The notes: a model not told the origin generated them from the sequence alone. A DNA stretch of 64,000 nucleotides from Cetorhinus maximus (GCF_964194155.1 NC_135891.1:104966001-105030000); one strand, 5' to 3'. Numbered from the stretch's first letter, positions 1 through 13,360 are shown. Numbers and translations: made by a program.

Positions 1-2081
1 GAACAAGGAGCCACAGGAGGGGGAGACATTCTTGGGAGTTTATTGCCAATTGTGAACAGTATGTACAAGTGATTAACAACCGTGCCCAGGCTGTGCAACT
101 AACTCTCCTTAACTTTCCTAACCCTGCCGCTGCGTCTTGGTGCTCCCCGGACATCCACAGTGGGGGTGGAGGCAGCCTGCTGACTGTGACACCCTGTCTG
201 TGATGACCTTGGCTGGCGTCCTCTGGAGGGCCGAGACTTGGAGGGGCCGGCCTGCTTTCAGGGTCCTGCTGTGTGGCAGTGGTACCCTCCTTGGCCTGTG
301 GAGCTGGAGCTGCTGAGGTCACAGGAAGAGAGGAGTTGGATGGGCCGGACACTCTCGAACTCACCTGGAAAGATGGGCCTGGAGTGTGCACCTGCTGATC
401 CTCCTCCCTATGGGTGCCTGAGGGTCCCAGGCTGATTCCTTGAGGAGCAGGGGTAGCTGGAGTGAGATTGAGCTGCCCAGCACCCCTCTCGTGTACACAC
501 TGTTGGAGGCCAACTATGGCATCAGCGATGGAGTTGAGCCCGCGCAGCAGTGCAGGAGCGAAGTCCTGGACCAAGGTCTCCATGTTGGCCACCATCCTGC
601 CAGTGTTGACCTTGGTGCATTGGCAGGTTGGCACTATTACCTCAGCCTGAAGGGGAACAGTTCTCCTCCATCATGCCTTGCAATCTGAGGAGTGCAGCGG
701 ACATCCCTTTCTGATGTTCCCGAGTTTGCCTTTGCAGCTCCAGCAACTGTGACATGACTGAGTCCAGAGGCTCCTCATCTGACTCGGACTCAGCAACATT
801 CTGGCCTCCAGCCGTCCTCCAAGTGCCGGGGACCTGGGAAGTCCCTGCCTCCGCCTGCTGTGAATCAGAAAGTGCGATGTGCTCACCAGATTGTGATCCT
901 GAGGCTACTCTAAAGCTAGATCCCACCGAGGTGTGTGTCTCTGCGCTGGTAGAGGGTGTGGGTGAGCGCTGTGACGGGACTTCGGGAGGACGCTGTCAGA
1001 TTCCTCTCCAGGGGTTTCTGCGGGGCTTGATTGGAGGTTTTGGGTCATGGACTCTGTCGGCTGTTTGGCAGATGTGCCTGCGAAAGCAAGGGGAGATAAT
1101 TAGTGCGTGGCAGTGGCCTGTGAAACAGGACACATCACTGACAGCATGGTTGTCTAATGGATGTTGCACTGCTGGATCCTCACTTGGTAGAGCAGCACTG
1201 ACCTCACCATCAGCACAGGAATGGTCCAGATCCTTGCCGCCCAGCTGAATGGCTCTATTTTCAAAGTCTGTGAGAAACTTTGGTATTCTGGTATTCTGCC
1301 AATGTTCTGCAACCTCTCTCTTGTTATGTGCCAGCTTGTCTTGCATGGATAGAGATGGGGAAAGGGTAAGCAGGATGCCTGCCAGGCCAGATGATAAGCA
1401 TGTTTGGCTTGTGTGGGCGGTGAGTGGCCCCATGAATGGGGTGAGGGCAATGACGATGTGCGTGAGAGAGTGAATAGTGATGTCACTTGAACTGGCAGTG
1501 AGTGAGGGCCCTGTGGATGTGTGATGGGCTTGTGAGTGTGTGAGATGAGAGTGATGCGAAGAGTGACTTACCCTGGTGGAACGGAGGAGATCATTCATCC
1601 TCTTGCGGCACTGGGTGGCTGTCCTCCTCTGAAGGGCGTTGGCACTGACCACTGCTGCCACCGCCTCCCAAGCTGGATTCTTCACGTTGCTGCCCATCCT
1701 GCGTCCAGAGCAGGGGGTACAGTACCTCCTGGTAGGCCTCACAGTGTCCAGCAGTTGCTCAAGGGACCCGTCATTGAAGCAGCGGGGGGAGGCGCAGACT
1801 TTTTTCCTTTGTTGGCCGTGTCATCCGTGCAGCGGTGGTGAGCTGGAAGCAATGAGCACTGTGCTTGCAGCTGGACTTTAACCATGGCGCCCGGCGTGAT
1901 GTGGCGGTGGGGTGATGGCCGGCGGGCGAATGAGACCCTACCCGCCATGGAAACAGCGCGTTTGCCAGGAGTGCATAAATAATGAGGTGGGTTGGGACAA
2001 TACGGCGTGAAAACCCATCACCACAGCCGGCGGGTACCTGCCCACCACCGCACTCAGTGCAAATCTGGGAAAATTACACCC
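1..2081 (-). mobile_element. PIF/Harbinger transposon, one arm (runs off the left edge of the window), carrying the Myb/SANT accessory gene
   Basis: Terminus AAAATTACACCC ends at 2081 (reverse complement GGGTGTAATTTT) and matches the TIR consensus of the other Harbinger copies. The subterminal region is GC/CpG-rich, and a Myb/SANT gene lies inside. Confidence 0.8.
109..1830 (-). pseudogene. Harbinger Myb/SANT-like DNA-binding protein gene, 3 exons, decayed
   Basis: Exon 1 encodes AWEAVAAVVSANALQRRTATQCRKRMNDLLRSTR and ends at a GTAAGT donor (1572/1571). Exon 2 (1340-1184, DKLAHNKREV...) has its acceptor mutated to CAA and a GTGAG donor. Exon 3 starts at 1077 after TTTCGCAG and is acidic/coiled-coil (VMSQLLELQRQTREHQ). 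Frameshifts are present. An AATAAA poly(A) signal is on the minus strand at about 39-44. Confidence 0.8.
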
Positions 2082-2976
2082 GCTGTATAAGAATTCAATT
2101 ATATTTTGAAGGAATACACTGTGTAGCTGTAAATGTTGGTTTAGGCATAAGAAACATTAAAAAAAAAGCTAAACTTGTAAGGGGAATGAACTGGGTGTTG
2201 CAATATAGATACCAAAAACTATCTAGATTTTTCTGTACTAAATGCCAGTAAATTCTGTTTAATTAGAAACAAACATTTGGTATGTTTATAAGCTTTGATT
2301 ATGAACTGTCGGACAGAACAGAGCTTTGGGAGAGGGTACACACTTCACTTTGTGCAATAAGTGGCAGAGGGAACAATGACTACAAAGCGGCATGACCCAC
2401 TTTCATGCTGAATTAACTGAATTAGGTATAGATTGATTATGCATACAGTGAGTTATTAGCTTTGTGCCTGACTAGAAGATAGATCAGGCCAGTATCAAAC
2501 CAAAAAAAATTGAAGACAGTGAAAGAAAAAATCTATGAGGGGAGCCTGAAATTGAAACGTGGATTCCACTGATACATATTTAAATTATAAGATAGTTGTG
2601 TTATTTTCTACTTGCTATTTTGCAAATATTTGGCTTTTTGATGTATATCTATTTTCTCCTCTTCCCCAATGCAAAAATAAAATAGAAAAGTGAGAATACT
2701 TAGAGCATCGTGCTTCAAATTGCTTAATGGTCTGATGGATAAAGACATTACATGGTAAAACGCTGAACAACACAGACCAGGAGGATCCCAGAATCAATCG
2801 TGTGCTCCATTGGTTGATCTTAACTGGGACATCAATAAGGTGGTGTAACTAGTCCAATTGCTCTGGCAGGAATATATCAGCTGAGTAAGAATAGAATGGC
2901 CTTTAAATAGTAAATACTGTTAAAAAAAAAGAAATTGGTGTCCGTTGCTAGAAGATATGAGCCACACTTTCCTAGT

Positions 2977-3135
2977 CTTTTTTATTTATTCATTCACAGG
3001 GCATGGATGTTGCTGGCTTGGTCAGCATTTATTGCCCATCCCTAATTGCCCTTGGCAGGGTGGTAATGAGCCACCTTCTTGAACTGCTACAGTTCATGTG
3101 GTGTAGGTACACCTACAGTGCTGTTAGAAAGGGAA
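2977..3135 (-). mobile_element. 3' tail fragment of a LINE (tail shared with the tRNA-headed SINE family)
   Basis: Reverse complement of GGGCAATTAGGGATGGGCAATAAATGCTG...CATCC...TGAATAAAT plus upstream LINE sequence; similar to 24334-24682. Confidence 0.7.
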
Positions 3136-4469
3136 ATCACTCCTTTTAGACTTGGTAGCGGTTTAATAAAACTGACTGGCTTGATTAGCCATTTCAGAGA
3201 GAGTCAAACACATTTTCACAAGTAATGGGAGTATCCCTGCCCAATGTTAAGAAACAGCACAATTTTCACTTAAGGCTTACTAGCTAACTTTTCAGTCACT
3301 CACCAAGTTTTGTATCTCTTGTGAGACAATAAGCAGCCCGCTTATGTGTCACATGAGGCCCTTGGTACAGTTTTTGTTCCAGGTATCGCTAAGCCCAGTC
3401 ATGAAATATTGATCATCTCTAGATCCGCTGGTGTACTCTCCCATTTTCTTGCTCTCCACATAAGGAGACAAGAGAAGGTTGTAAATGTATTTTATTAAAC
3501 ACAGGCTGAAGATGATCAAAGGAGCAAGATAGCCAGAATAGCTTTGCGCTGTCGTTACATCTCATGCAGAACAATACAGGGTTGGCATGGATACCTAGAC
3601 TGATAGAAAGCAAGAACCGACAAAAGGGATAGAAAGAAGGGAGAATCAGAAATCTTAAAACGCCCTAAAATAGAAACAGCATTCAATCCAACATCGTTGA
3701 TAGTAAATGATGCGGGTCACTAAGCTTAAAAAAGAATGAACAAGAAAACCCTGTCAGTACCACCTACAAAAGAACAAAGAAGTCACAATTGGCAACTTAA
3801 TTCAAAACGTTTTTATTTAAATCTGGCATTGCTAAGCCACAACAATGTTTAGAGGAATTAATTTTCCCAATCTCCTATGTTCTGCAAAATCGACTCATAA
3901 TCAATGTTCCCTGTAAGCTGCGCAGCAATCCAGAAGTCCCCACGCAAGATGCTGCCATTTGGCCCCTTTAAGTTACCATGCATGCACGGCAGCACAAAAA
4001 AAATGTATGGGGCCACACACTCCAAAAAATATAGAGAGTATGTTGCTCATAACCCCAAAAAGGAACCAGTCAAAAAAAAAACCTTTATTTGGCCAACAAT
4101 AAGTTATGGAAGCAGTGATTAATAGAAAAGATAAATAGAGATTTAAGTAAAGCAACAACCAGAAGACATGTCACAAAGATACATCACCACTAGCTGAAAT
4201 TTCCTCCAGCTATATCACACAAGGTGAATATTTTGCATTCGGGCTTGTGAAAGATGACAATGAAATGAGTTTGCAATTCCATGGGGATGAAACACCCAGC
4301 AATCGCAATCCCTAAATGATTAATATGGTCTCACGGTAGAATATTGCATGCAAAAATATAAGCGTTAGCTGACACTCTCGATGGCCAAAATGGTATCTTG
4401 TAAATATAATTTTTTTCTATGTTGGGCTGCTAGACAGCACAACGAAGTAAAATGTCTATCATTATCCTA

Positions 4470-7400
4470 GTGAGGAGTAAAAAGTGTGAGAATGCAATAG
4501 TTATGGAGGATTCAATTGTCAGGGGAATAGATAGGCGTTTCTGTGGCCGCAAACGAGACTCCAGGATGGTATGTTGCCTCCCTGGTGCAAGGGTCAAGGA
4601 TGTTTCAGAGCGGCTACAGGACATTCTGAAGGGGGAGGGTGAACAGCCAGTGGTCATGGTACACGGTACAAACGACATAGGTAAAAAAAGGGATGAGGTC
4701 CTAAAAGCAGAATATAGGGAGTTAGGAAGTAAGTTGAAAAGTAGGACCTCAGAGGTAGTGATCTCAGGATTACCACCAGTGCCATGTGCTAGTCAGAGTA
4801 GAAATGGCAGGATATATCAGGTGAATACGTGACTGAAGAGATGGTGTGAGGGGGAGGGTTTCAGATTCCTGGGACATTGGGACCGGTTCTGGGAGAGGTG
4901 GGACCAGTGCACACTGGATGGGTTACACCTGGGCAGGACCGGGACTGATGTCCTCGGGGGAATATTTGCTAGAGTGGTTGCGGAGGGTTTAAACTAAAAT
5001 GGCAGGGGGATGGGAACCTATGCAAGGAGTCAGAGGAGGGGGAATGAAGGACAAGAACAAAAGACAGAAGGAAAGAAGGAAAGTGATAGGCAGAGAAATC
5101 AGGGGCAAGAATAAAACAGGGCCTCAGTGAAAAATAGTGGGAGTGGGACAAGTAATGTTAAAAAGACAAGTCTTGAGCGAGGAGCATTCGCAATAAAGTG
5201 GATGAATTAACCACGCAAATAGATGTAAACAGGTATGATATAGTCGGGATTACGGAGACATGGTTGCAGGGTGACCAGGGATGGGAACTGAACATCCAGG
5301 GGTATTCAGTATTTAGAAAGGACAGACAAAAAGGAAAAGGCAGTGGAGTTGCATTGCTGGTTATAGAGGAAATTAACACAATAGTGAGGAAAGATATTAA
5401 CTCCGACAATGTGGAATCTGTATTGATAGAGCTGAGAAACACTAAGGGGCAAAAAACGTTAGTGGGGGTTGTATATAGACCCCCAAACTGTAGCGGTGAT
5501 GTTGGGAATGACATTAAACAGGAAATTAAAGATGCATGCAATAAAGGAACATCTGTAATTATGGGTGACTTTAATCAAATTAGTAACAATACCGTAGAGG
5601 AGGAATTCCTGGAGTGTATACAGGATGGTTTTCTGGACCAATAAGTTGAGGAACCAACTAGAGAACAGGCCATCTTAGACTGGGTATTGTGTAATGAGAA
5701 AAGAATAATAGGCAATCTAGTTGTGCAAGGCCCCTTGGGATGAGCGACCATAATATGATGGAATTCTTCATCAAGGTGGAGACTGACATAGTTGATTCTG
5801 AGACTAGGGTCCTGAATCTTAATAAAGGAAACTACGATGGTATGAGGCACGAGTTGGCTATGATGGATTGGGAAACGTTATTTAATAGGCAATGGCAAAC
5901 ATTCAAAGAGCGCATGGATGAACTGCAACAATTGTTTATTCCTATCTGGCGCAAAAGTAAAACAGGAAAGGTGGCCAAACCATGGACTACAAGGGAAATT
6001 AGAGATAATATCAGATCCAAGGAAGAGGTGTACAAATTGGCCAGAAAAAACAACAGACCTGAGGATTGGGAGCAGTTTAGAATTTAGCAAAGGAGGACCA
6101 AGGGATTGATTAAGAAGGTGAAAAGAGTATGAGAGTTAGCTTGCAGGGAACATAAAAACTGACAGTAAAAGTTTCTATAGGTATGTGAAGATAAAAAGAT
6201 TGGTGAAGACAAATGTAGGTCCCTTACAGTCAGAAACAGGGAAATTTATAATGGGGAACAAAGAAATGACTGACCAACTAAATACATACTTTGGTTCTGT
6301 CTTCACAAAGGAGGACACAAATAACATACCAGAAATGTTGGGAACACGGGGTTTAGTGAGAGGGAGGAACTGAAAGAAATCAGTATTAGTAGGGAAATGG
6401 TGTTGGGGAAATTGATGAGATTGAAGGCCAATAAATTCCCAGGGCCTGATAATCGACATCTCAGAGCACTTAAGGAAGTGGCCCTAGAAATAGTGGATGC
6501 ATTGGTGGTGATCCTCCGAGATTCTATAGACTCTGGAACAGTTCCTACAGATTGGAGGGCAGCTAATGTAACCCCACTATTTAAAAAGGGAGGCAGAGAG
6601 AAAACAGGGGATTATAGACCAGTCAGCCTGACATCGGTAGTGGGGAAAATTCTGGAGTCCATTATAAAAGATTTAATAGCTGAGCACTTGGAAAACAGTG
6701 GCAGAATCGGACAGAGTCAGCATGGATTTACGAAAGGGAGATCATGCTTGACAAATCTACTGGAATTTTTTGAGGATGTAACTAGTAGAGCTGATGAGGG
6801 GGAGCCAGTGGATGTGGTTTATTTGGACTTTTAGGAGGCTTTCGACAAAGTCCCACATAAGAGATTAGGATGTAAAATTAAACTGCATGGGATTAGGGGT
6901 AGTGTATTGAGATGGATAGAAAACTGGTTGACAGACAGGAAACAAAGAGTAGGAATAAACGGGTCTTTTTCCGAATGGTATGCAATGACTAGTGGGGTAC
7001 CGCAGGGATCGGTGCTGGGACCCCAGCTATTCACAATATATATTAATGATTTAGATGAGGGAACTAAATGTAATATCTCCAAATTTGCAGATGACACAAA
7101 GCTGGGTGGGAGGGTGAGCTGTGAGGAGGATGCAGAGATGCTTCAGTGTGATTTGAACAAACTGAGTGAGTGGGCAAATGCATGGCAGATGCAGTATAAT
7201 GTGAATAAATGTGTGTAGCATAAACAGGAAGGCAGATTATTATCTGAATGGCTATAAATTGAGAGAGAGGAATGTGCAACGAGACCTGGGTGTCCTTGTA
7301 CACCAGTCGCTGAAGGTAAGCATGCGGGTGCAGCAGGCGATAAAGAAGGCAAATGGTATGTTGGCCTTCATAGTGAGAGGATTCGAGTACAGGAGCAGGA

Positions 7401-7998
7401 ATGTCTTGTTGCAATTGTACAGGGCCTTGGTGAGACCACACCTGGAATATTGTGTGCAGTTTTGATCTCCTTATCTGAGGAAGGATGTCCTTGCTATAGA
7501 GGGAGTGCAGCAAAAGTTTACCAGACTGATTCCTAGGATGGCGGGACTGACATATGAGAAGAGATTGAGTAGGTTAGGATTATATCCACTGGAGTTCAGA
7601 AGAATGAGGGGGATCTCATAGAAACCTTTAAAATTCTAACAGGGCTAGACAGGGTGGATGCAGGAAGGATGTTCCTGATGGTGGGGGAGTCGAGAACCAG
7701 GGGTCACAGTCTGAGGATACGGGGTGGACCATTTAGGACCGAGATGAGGAGAAATATCTTCACCCAGGGAGTGGTGAGCCTGTGGAATTCGTTACCACAG
7801 AAAGTAGTTGAAGCCAAAACATTGTATGTTTTCAAGAAGGAGTTAGACATAGCTCTTGGGGCGAAAGGGGTCAAAGGATATGGGGAGAAAGCGGGAACAG
7901 GCTATTGAGTTGGATGATCAGCCATGATCCTAATGAATGGTGGAGCAGGCTTGAAGGGCCAAATGGCCTACTCCTGCTCCTATTTTCTATGTTTCTAT
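4470..7998 (+). mobile_element. CR1-type LINE, 5'-truncated inside ORF1, decayed
   Basis: ORF1 SGNH/GDSL esterase (EDSIVRG...HGTNDIG, 4452-4832). APE endonuclease (GITETWL, VGVVYRPP, IMGDFN, SDHN; 5198-5760). RT (YRPVSLTS, QHGF, YLDF, GVPQGSVLGP, FADDTK; 6397-7465). C-terminal RTRGHSLRI. 3' tail CTATGTTTCTAT. Many stops and frameshifts. Confidence 0.95.
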
Positions 7999-8309
7999 CC
8001 ATTCTTTACCCTGGCCACTTGCCTTCCTTACACTCTCCCACTTTCTATCCTTTTCAAATTTATGAGGGTGATGGAAAAAAGGTTTAGTTTTATGCATCAG
8101 CTCATAATCGTCAGCTACTACTGCTTTCTGTCTGGCAGTTGCAACCCTTTGGTCTTCAACATGGGTTTTTATTACAGAAGGTAGGGAGTTTTTAAATTCT
8201 TCCAAGAGAATGGTCTCTCTGAGAACTTCATAGGTAGCTTCAATTCTTAATGCTCATATCCATCTGTCAAAACTACTTTGCTTAATCCTTTCAAATTTAA
8301 TGTAAGTTT

Positions 8310-9060
8310 CCCTCAGTGCTTCCTCCAAGTGATGTTCAGCATGGAGGAGCACTGATTCATCAGCTGAGGGAGGGCAGTGCATGGTAATCAGCAGGCGGTT
8401 TCCTTGCCCATGTTTGACCTGATGCCATGAGACTACATGGTGTCCTCAGTCAATGTTGAGGACTCCCAGGGCAACCCTTCCCTGACTGTATACCTCTGTG
8501 CCGCCACATCTGCTGGGTCTGTCCTGCCGGTGGAACAGGATATACCCAGGGATGGTGACGGTGGTGCCTGGGACATTATCTATAAGGTATGATTCCGTGA
8601 GGATGACTATGTCAGGCTGTTGCTTGATTAGCCTGTGAGACAGCTCTCCCAATTTTGGCACCAGCCCCCAGATGTTAGTAAAGAGGACTTTGCAGGGTCG
8701 ACAGGGCTGAGTTTGCCGTTGTCGTTTCCGGTGCCTAGGTCGATGCCGGGTGGACCGTCCGGTTTCATTCCTATTTGTGACTTTGTAGCGGTTTGTTACA
8801 ACTGAGTGACTTTCTAGGCCATTTAAGAGTAAACCACATTGCTGTGGGTCTGGAGTCACATTTGGGCCAGACTAGGTAAGGACAACAGATTTCCTTCCCT
8901 AAAGGACATTGGTGAATCAGATGGATTTTTGCAACAATCAACAACGGTTTCATGGTCATCATTAGACTTTTAATTCCAGATTTTTATTGAATTCAACAGG
9001 TATTACTCTGGGTCTCTGGATTACTAGTCCAGTGACAATATCACTATGCCATCACCTCCC
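8310..9060 (-). mobile_element. 5' portion of a LINE: tRNA-like SINE head followed by an APE endonuclease ORF
   Basis: Head GGGGAGGTGATGGCATAGTGATATTGTCACTGGACTAGTAATCCAGAG (A-box-like) leads into ORF 8446-8859 with APE N-terminal motifs (FTNIWGL, PDIVILTESYL, IPGY, RQDR..GG). Confidence 0.8.
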
Positions 9061-9776
9061 CCACCTTTTTAGCTATCTTCTTAAATGAAATAAAGAATGC
9101 TTCAACATCCCTTTCTTCAAACTTTGGAAGAGCCTGTACAAATTTAAACATCTCACCACTGAGTTCTGAGCTGGAAATAAGTCCTGCCTCACCTCCTGGT
9201 GTCTCTTTTTTACTGTCAGCATTTTAAGCTGGAATTCTCTCTCTTTTTCTCTTTCCTCCTTTTCTTACTTCACCATTTCTAACTCCCTTTGAAATGTCCT
9301 TTCTCTTTCCTTTTCTACCTGTTCCCTTTGGAATGCTCTCTCTCTCTTTCCTTCCCTTTTTCTTTCTCTGCCCTTTCTTTCTCCCCCCCTGTTCCCTTTG
9401 GAGATCAGGTTTTCACATTTCCATTTCTCTTTCCTTTTCTGCTACATCTAGTTCCAATTTTTCATTTGCATCTGAATTTGAGCCCATTCCAATGAACCAC
9501 TCCTTGGAGAACCCGGTCCCTTGGGTATTCCTTCCAACTTCAAATGCTGTGCCATCTATTCGATTATCTCTGCCTTCCTAGCTTTGGCAGGCAATCCTAC
9601 TCTTAATTTACTTGCCAATTCGATTAACCTGGCTTTTGGGATCCCTTGTAAAATCGTCAGGGACATCCCTTCCACTTGTAGGAAAACTTTAGCAGTTTCC
9701 AGAGCCATCTTATTTTTGATAGTACAAACTTGGTGTTCCCTTTTAGCTTTTATTACTTACTAAATCTACACCCAAA

Positions 9777-10199
9777 CAGGTTAGGACTTTATTCCTTGGA
9801 GCGTAGAAGAATGAGAGGAGATATGATAGAAGTTTACAAAATTGTGAGGGGTATAGACAGAGTAAGTGCGAGTAGGCTCTTTCCACTTAGATTAGGAGAA
9901 ATAAACACGCGAGGACATGGCTTTAGGGTGAAAGGGGAAAGGTTTAGGGGGAACATTAGGGGGAACTTCTTCACTCAGAGAGTGGTGAGAGTGTGGAGCG
10001 AGCTACCATCTGACATGGTAAATGCGGGCTCACTCTTACGTTTTAAGAATAAATTAGATAGATACATGGATGGGAGAGGTCTGGAGGGTTATGGACTAGG
10101 TGCAGGTCAATGGGACTAGCGGAATAATATTTCGGCACAGACTAGAAGGGCCGAACGGCCTGTTTTCTGTGCTGTAGTGTTCTATGGTTCTATGGTTCT
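9777..10199 (+). mobile_element. CR1 LINE 3' fragment with (TTCTATGG)n tail, inserted in the Gypsy leader
   Basis: RLGLYSLERRRMRGDMIEVYKI...TRGH...FFTQRVVRVWSELP; tail GTTCTATGGTTCTATGGTTCTA. Confidence 0.9.
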
Positions 10200-12344
10200 A
10201 AATTGTTGTTGTCTTTTGTTCCAAAATATCTCAGTTGAGCCCCCAAACATTGTCGCGACCCATTGGGGATAGTGCGCTGTAATATCAAGCCCTACTGTTC
10301 CCCGAGCTGCGATAAATGTGAAAAAGTTTGATCAAACCACCAGATTGCCCCAATTCTACCTAACTGTTTAATTTAGGTTAACAGAATATGAGTACAAGGT
10401 TTGTAAACTTAAAAAAGTAAATGACTGTTTATTGAACAAACTGTCGTTAACCAGTGGAAAAAGAAAGAAATATGAACTGCTAATTTCTAACTCTGTAACC
10501 TAAACTCTACCCTTCTTAAATCCCTATACACACACATATAAGACACAAAAACATGGATTTTAAGAGTGGGATAAAACAGTTCAATAGCACTAATTCTAGG
10601 ATTCAGTGGGTTGATTTTGACTGATGCCTTCCAAATTCCTTTCCGTTCTTGTTGTTGGCACGAGGTGGTCTTCCAGGACTTATAGTATTTAGTTCACTGC
10701 TTGAGCACTTGCCTTTCAATGTCTCTAACAATGATTTTCCCCTTTTGCCTCTTGACAGGGGTTTTCAGAGAGAGAGCAGGTTATAGAGATATGAGAAGAA
10801 AAACCAGCTAGCTATTATTGTGGAGTTACTGTAATCTTCCATACACAGGAGAGAGAGGTTTTAGGTCTTGTTCCTTTCAGGCTAGAAGCTATAGTGCTTC
10901 ACTGCTTCTCATACAAAACCTGGTCACCTGGTCAGGAGCCAATTAAAATGCTGTTGCCAGGCAGCCCCCTTGGTCTAAGACTCCTTTCCAGCACCATCCT
11001 GTCTTTCATGGTACACTCTGTTCCAGGACTGCAACATTGTATATATCTATCATCCTGCTCCAGTTGACATGTCTTTCAACCTGCAGCCATTGTAATTTTA
11101 ATTCACAGTCCAACAGAAATAAAAAGATATATTCCTTACACTTGTGCTTATAGTGAAGGTTTCCTTTAGCCATGATGATAAGAGTACATTTAATAGCCAA
11201 TTCATCTTAAATTCTATTTCAGAGACAGAGCCAAGAGTCCCTAGGGTCTATGAAATCAGCATCTAGTGAAGACAAATTGGTGTGTCCTGCTACTAAGCAA
11301 TGTGATGCAGGCTGTCAAACAAACTAAACATGCACGGAAGGATACTGACAATATACAATTCCCACTGTGGCCATTTTACTGTCATTAATTAATCACCCAA
11401 ATTGTACATCACCTCTGGCATCTATCACTTCCAATACTCCAGGGTGTATCTAAAGTGCTCCTTTCAGTGAATGGAGACTCTCATTTAACTAGAATTAACT
11501 AGGTTAACAATTTTTGCACAAAAATCTGATGAACATTCGTGCTTTGGAACGAAAGAGGCAACAAATGCCTGGACCAGACAAACGTAGATAGGTTTTAAAA
11601 CACAATCCTTAATATTTTTAAAGTGGTTCTGAAGCTATGGCTGACTCACTGTGTATCACTTCAGGGCATTTTTGTTCCTAAGGTTCATTAATGACATAAT
11701 GTATCTTCAGTGAAGGCTAAGGTTAAGTGTTGAGCTTCCATTACAATTAAATGGGTTGAAATTAGGGAGATACTTTGCTCTTTGTAAATTTTGGGGTTCA
11801 TTTCATTCATAGAGATTCAGATTTGAATACTGCATGCAGCAGTTGAGGCAGTACAGTGTCAACTTGTTTCTTTAAATGTTAACTACAGATCCCCTGGTTC
11901 AAAAAATTCAATGTTGTAGAGTGAAGTGCTTAATGGGATGAAGGCATCCAATCAAAATAGAAAAATCCCTTAAGTGAAGCTCTAAATCAATTCCTTTGAT
12001 GTCCTGAAAATTAATTGAGATTTTATTTTCATCATTTAATGTAATTAATGCATTTTCTCATTTTGTATGTCATGTTTGCCAGTCATAAATAGCTAGCAGC
12101 ATTACTCAAGATCTTGATAAGAAGCAGAAACAAATTCCAGTTCTATAGCACTGCTATTGGTATTTCACAGAAGTATAGCAAAAGGAAAGGGCACCAAAAC
12201 AACGTAGCAATTAGCAGGGTTGACCAAGAACTGCAATTATAACTTGTTTTCCCATTACGTTTGTTGTACATATTTTGTATTTTTTACCCACAAAGATTTG
12301 TTGTCATGACGAACCAAGCATTTTCTCTTTTTGTTCTTAATTAG

Positions 12345-12720
12345 TGCCAGCTTAACCCAGTTGTATGGGCCAAAAGACTGTGGGGTCCGAGTCCCACTAC
12401 ACACTTCAGCATTTGTCCAAGTTGACACTTTGGATATGCAATACCAAAAGAGTGCTGTATTGTTGCAGCTGCTACCTACTCAGGTGGATGTAACAGAGTT
12501 TAAAGGGTTGTTGGAAAAGCAAAGAGCTCTCCTAGTGATTTAAGCGACATTCCTCCCTCAGTCAATACATCAAAACTGCTTAGTTTGGCCAATTGTTTGT
12601 TGAATCTTGCTGTGCGTTATTTGATCTTTGTGGTTACCTTCCTATTCACACTGATAACAGTACAGAAATATTCTACCAGCAGTATATCCTGAAGGTATGA
12701 TAAGGCATTATATAACGCTT
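12345..12720 (+). mobile_element. Highly degenerate tRNA-headed Deu-domain SINE (SacSINE1-like)
   Basis: Degenerate similarity to the copy at 51040-51400 (GTCCGAGTCCCACT...GACACT...GAGTGCTG...CTCAGGTGGATGTAA). Confidence 0.45.
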
Positions 12721-13360
12721 CCTTTCAGAGGTCATGGCTAATATGGTCAGTACAGCTTTGTACAAACAGTCCCAATTGAAGTGCAAAGTAGACTGCCCCC
12801 TATCACACCAGTGACATTTCTGTCTTCCACAATGCCTATCATTATGTCATCTGTTAATGAGATTGCACAATTAATGCTGAATTATGGATAGATTTATGCA
12901 GTAGACTTGTTTTCACTAGGAACCAGATTGATACTGTCAAGACTCATTTGGATTAAATTGTATAACAGCTGCCATTGAAAGGAGACTTTCAGTCCAATTG
13001 TTGGGGCTGGATCTGAGTGTCACAACACAATACGGCTTCTAGTCAGAACAATTATATCAACTTGGATGTACAGTACAGTACAATGCAATTACAGACAGGG
13101 GTTATTGCTTGCAATCTGGATATTACTTTGTTACAATAACAAAAGTTTTGTTTGCAAATTTATGGTCAAACCAAGACATGATACATGTACACACTGATAC
13201 TAATACTAATTATTCTGAAATCCAATGCAAGAAAATACAGAACATATATTTTTATCTATTGTATGTTCTTCAAACTATGTTATTGGCTAGATAGGCAACA
13301 AGACTCTTCCAATCAGTTAAAGAAATGGAGTTACACCAGGATGTAAGACACATGACTTAC

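Larger units (their letters stand above)
8000..11226 (-). mobile_element. Gmr1-like Gypsy LTR retrotransposon remnant (5' LTR, PBS, gag), interrupted by two LINE insertions
   Basis: The LTR ends ...GGGTCGCGACA at 10251 on the minus strand. It is followed by TGGGGGCTCAACTGAGAT (from 10245), which resembles the tRNA-Pro PBS TGGGGGCTCGTCCGGGAT. Gag ATG at 9708 (MALETAKVFL...KARLIELASKLRVGLPAKARKAEII), then a Glu/Lys/Arg-rich coiled coil, FVQALPKFEERDVEAFFISFKKIA (about 9070-9150) and a SCAN-like LEEFKNSLPSVIKTHVEDQRVATARQKAVVADDY (about 8100-8210). The far LTR boundary (about 11226, ...AGAGACA) is approximate. Confidence 0.75.

Noticed and set aside
2740-2900. Ancient tRNA-SINE (LF-SINE-like) fragments here and near 44240 and 53840
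   Set aside because: Too degenerate to delimit or name by eye.
3303-3613. Possible further CBARP exon (GTGAG donor near 3302, ORF 3419-3613)
   Set aside because: All minus-strand frames contain stops before the donor, and none resembles the expected next BARP exon.
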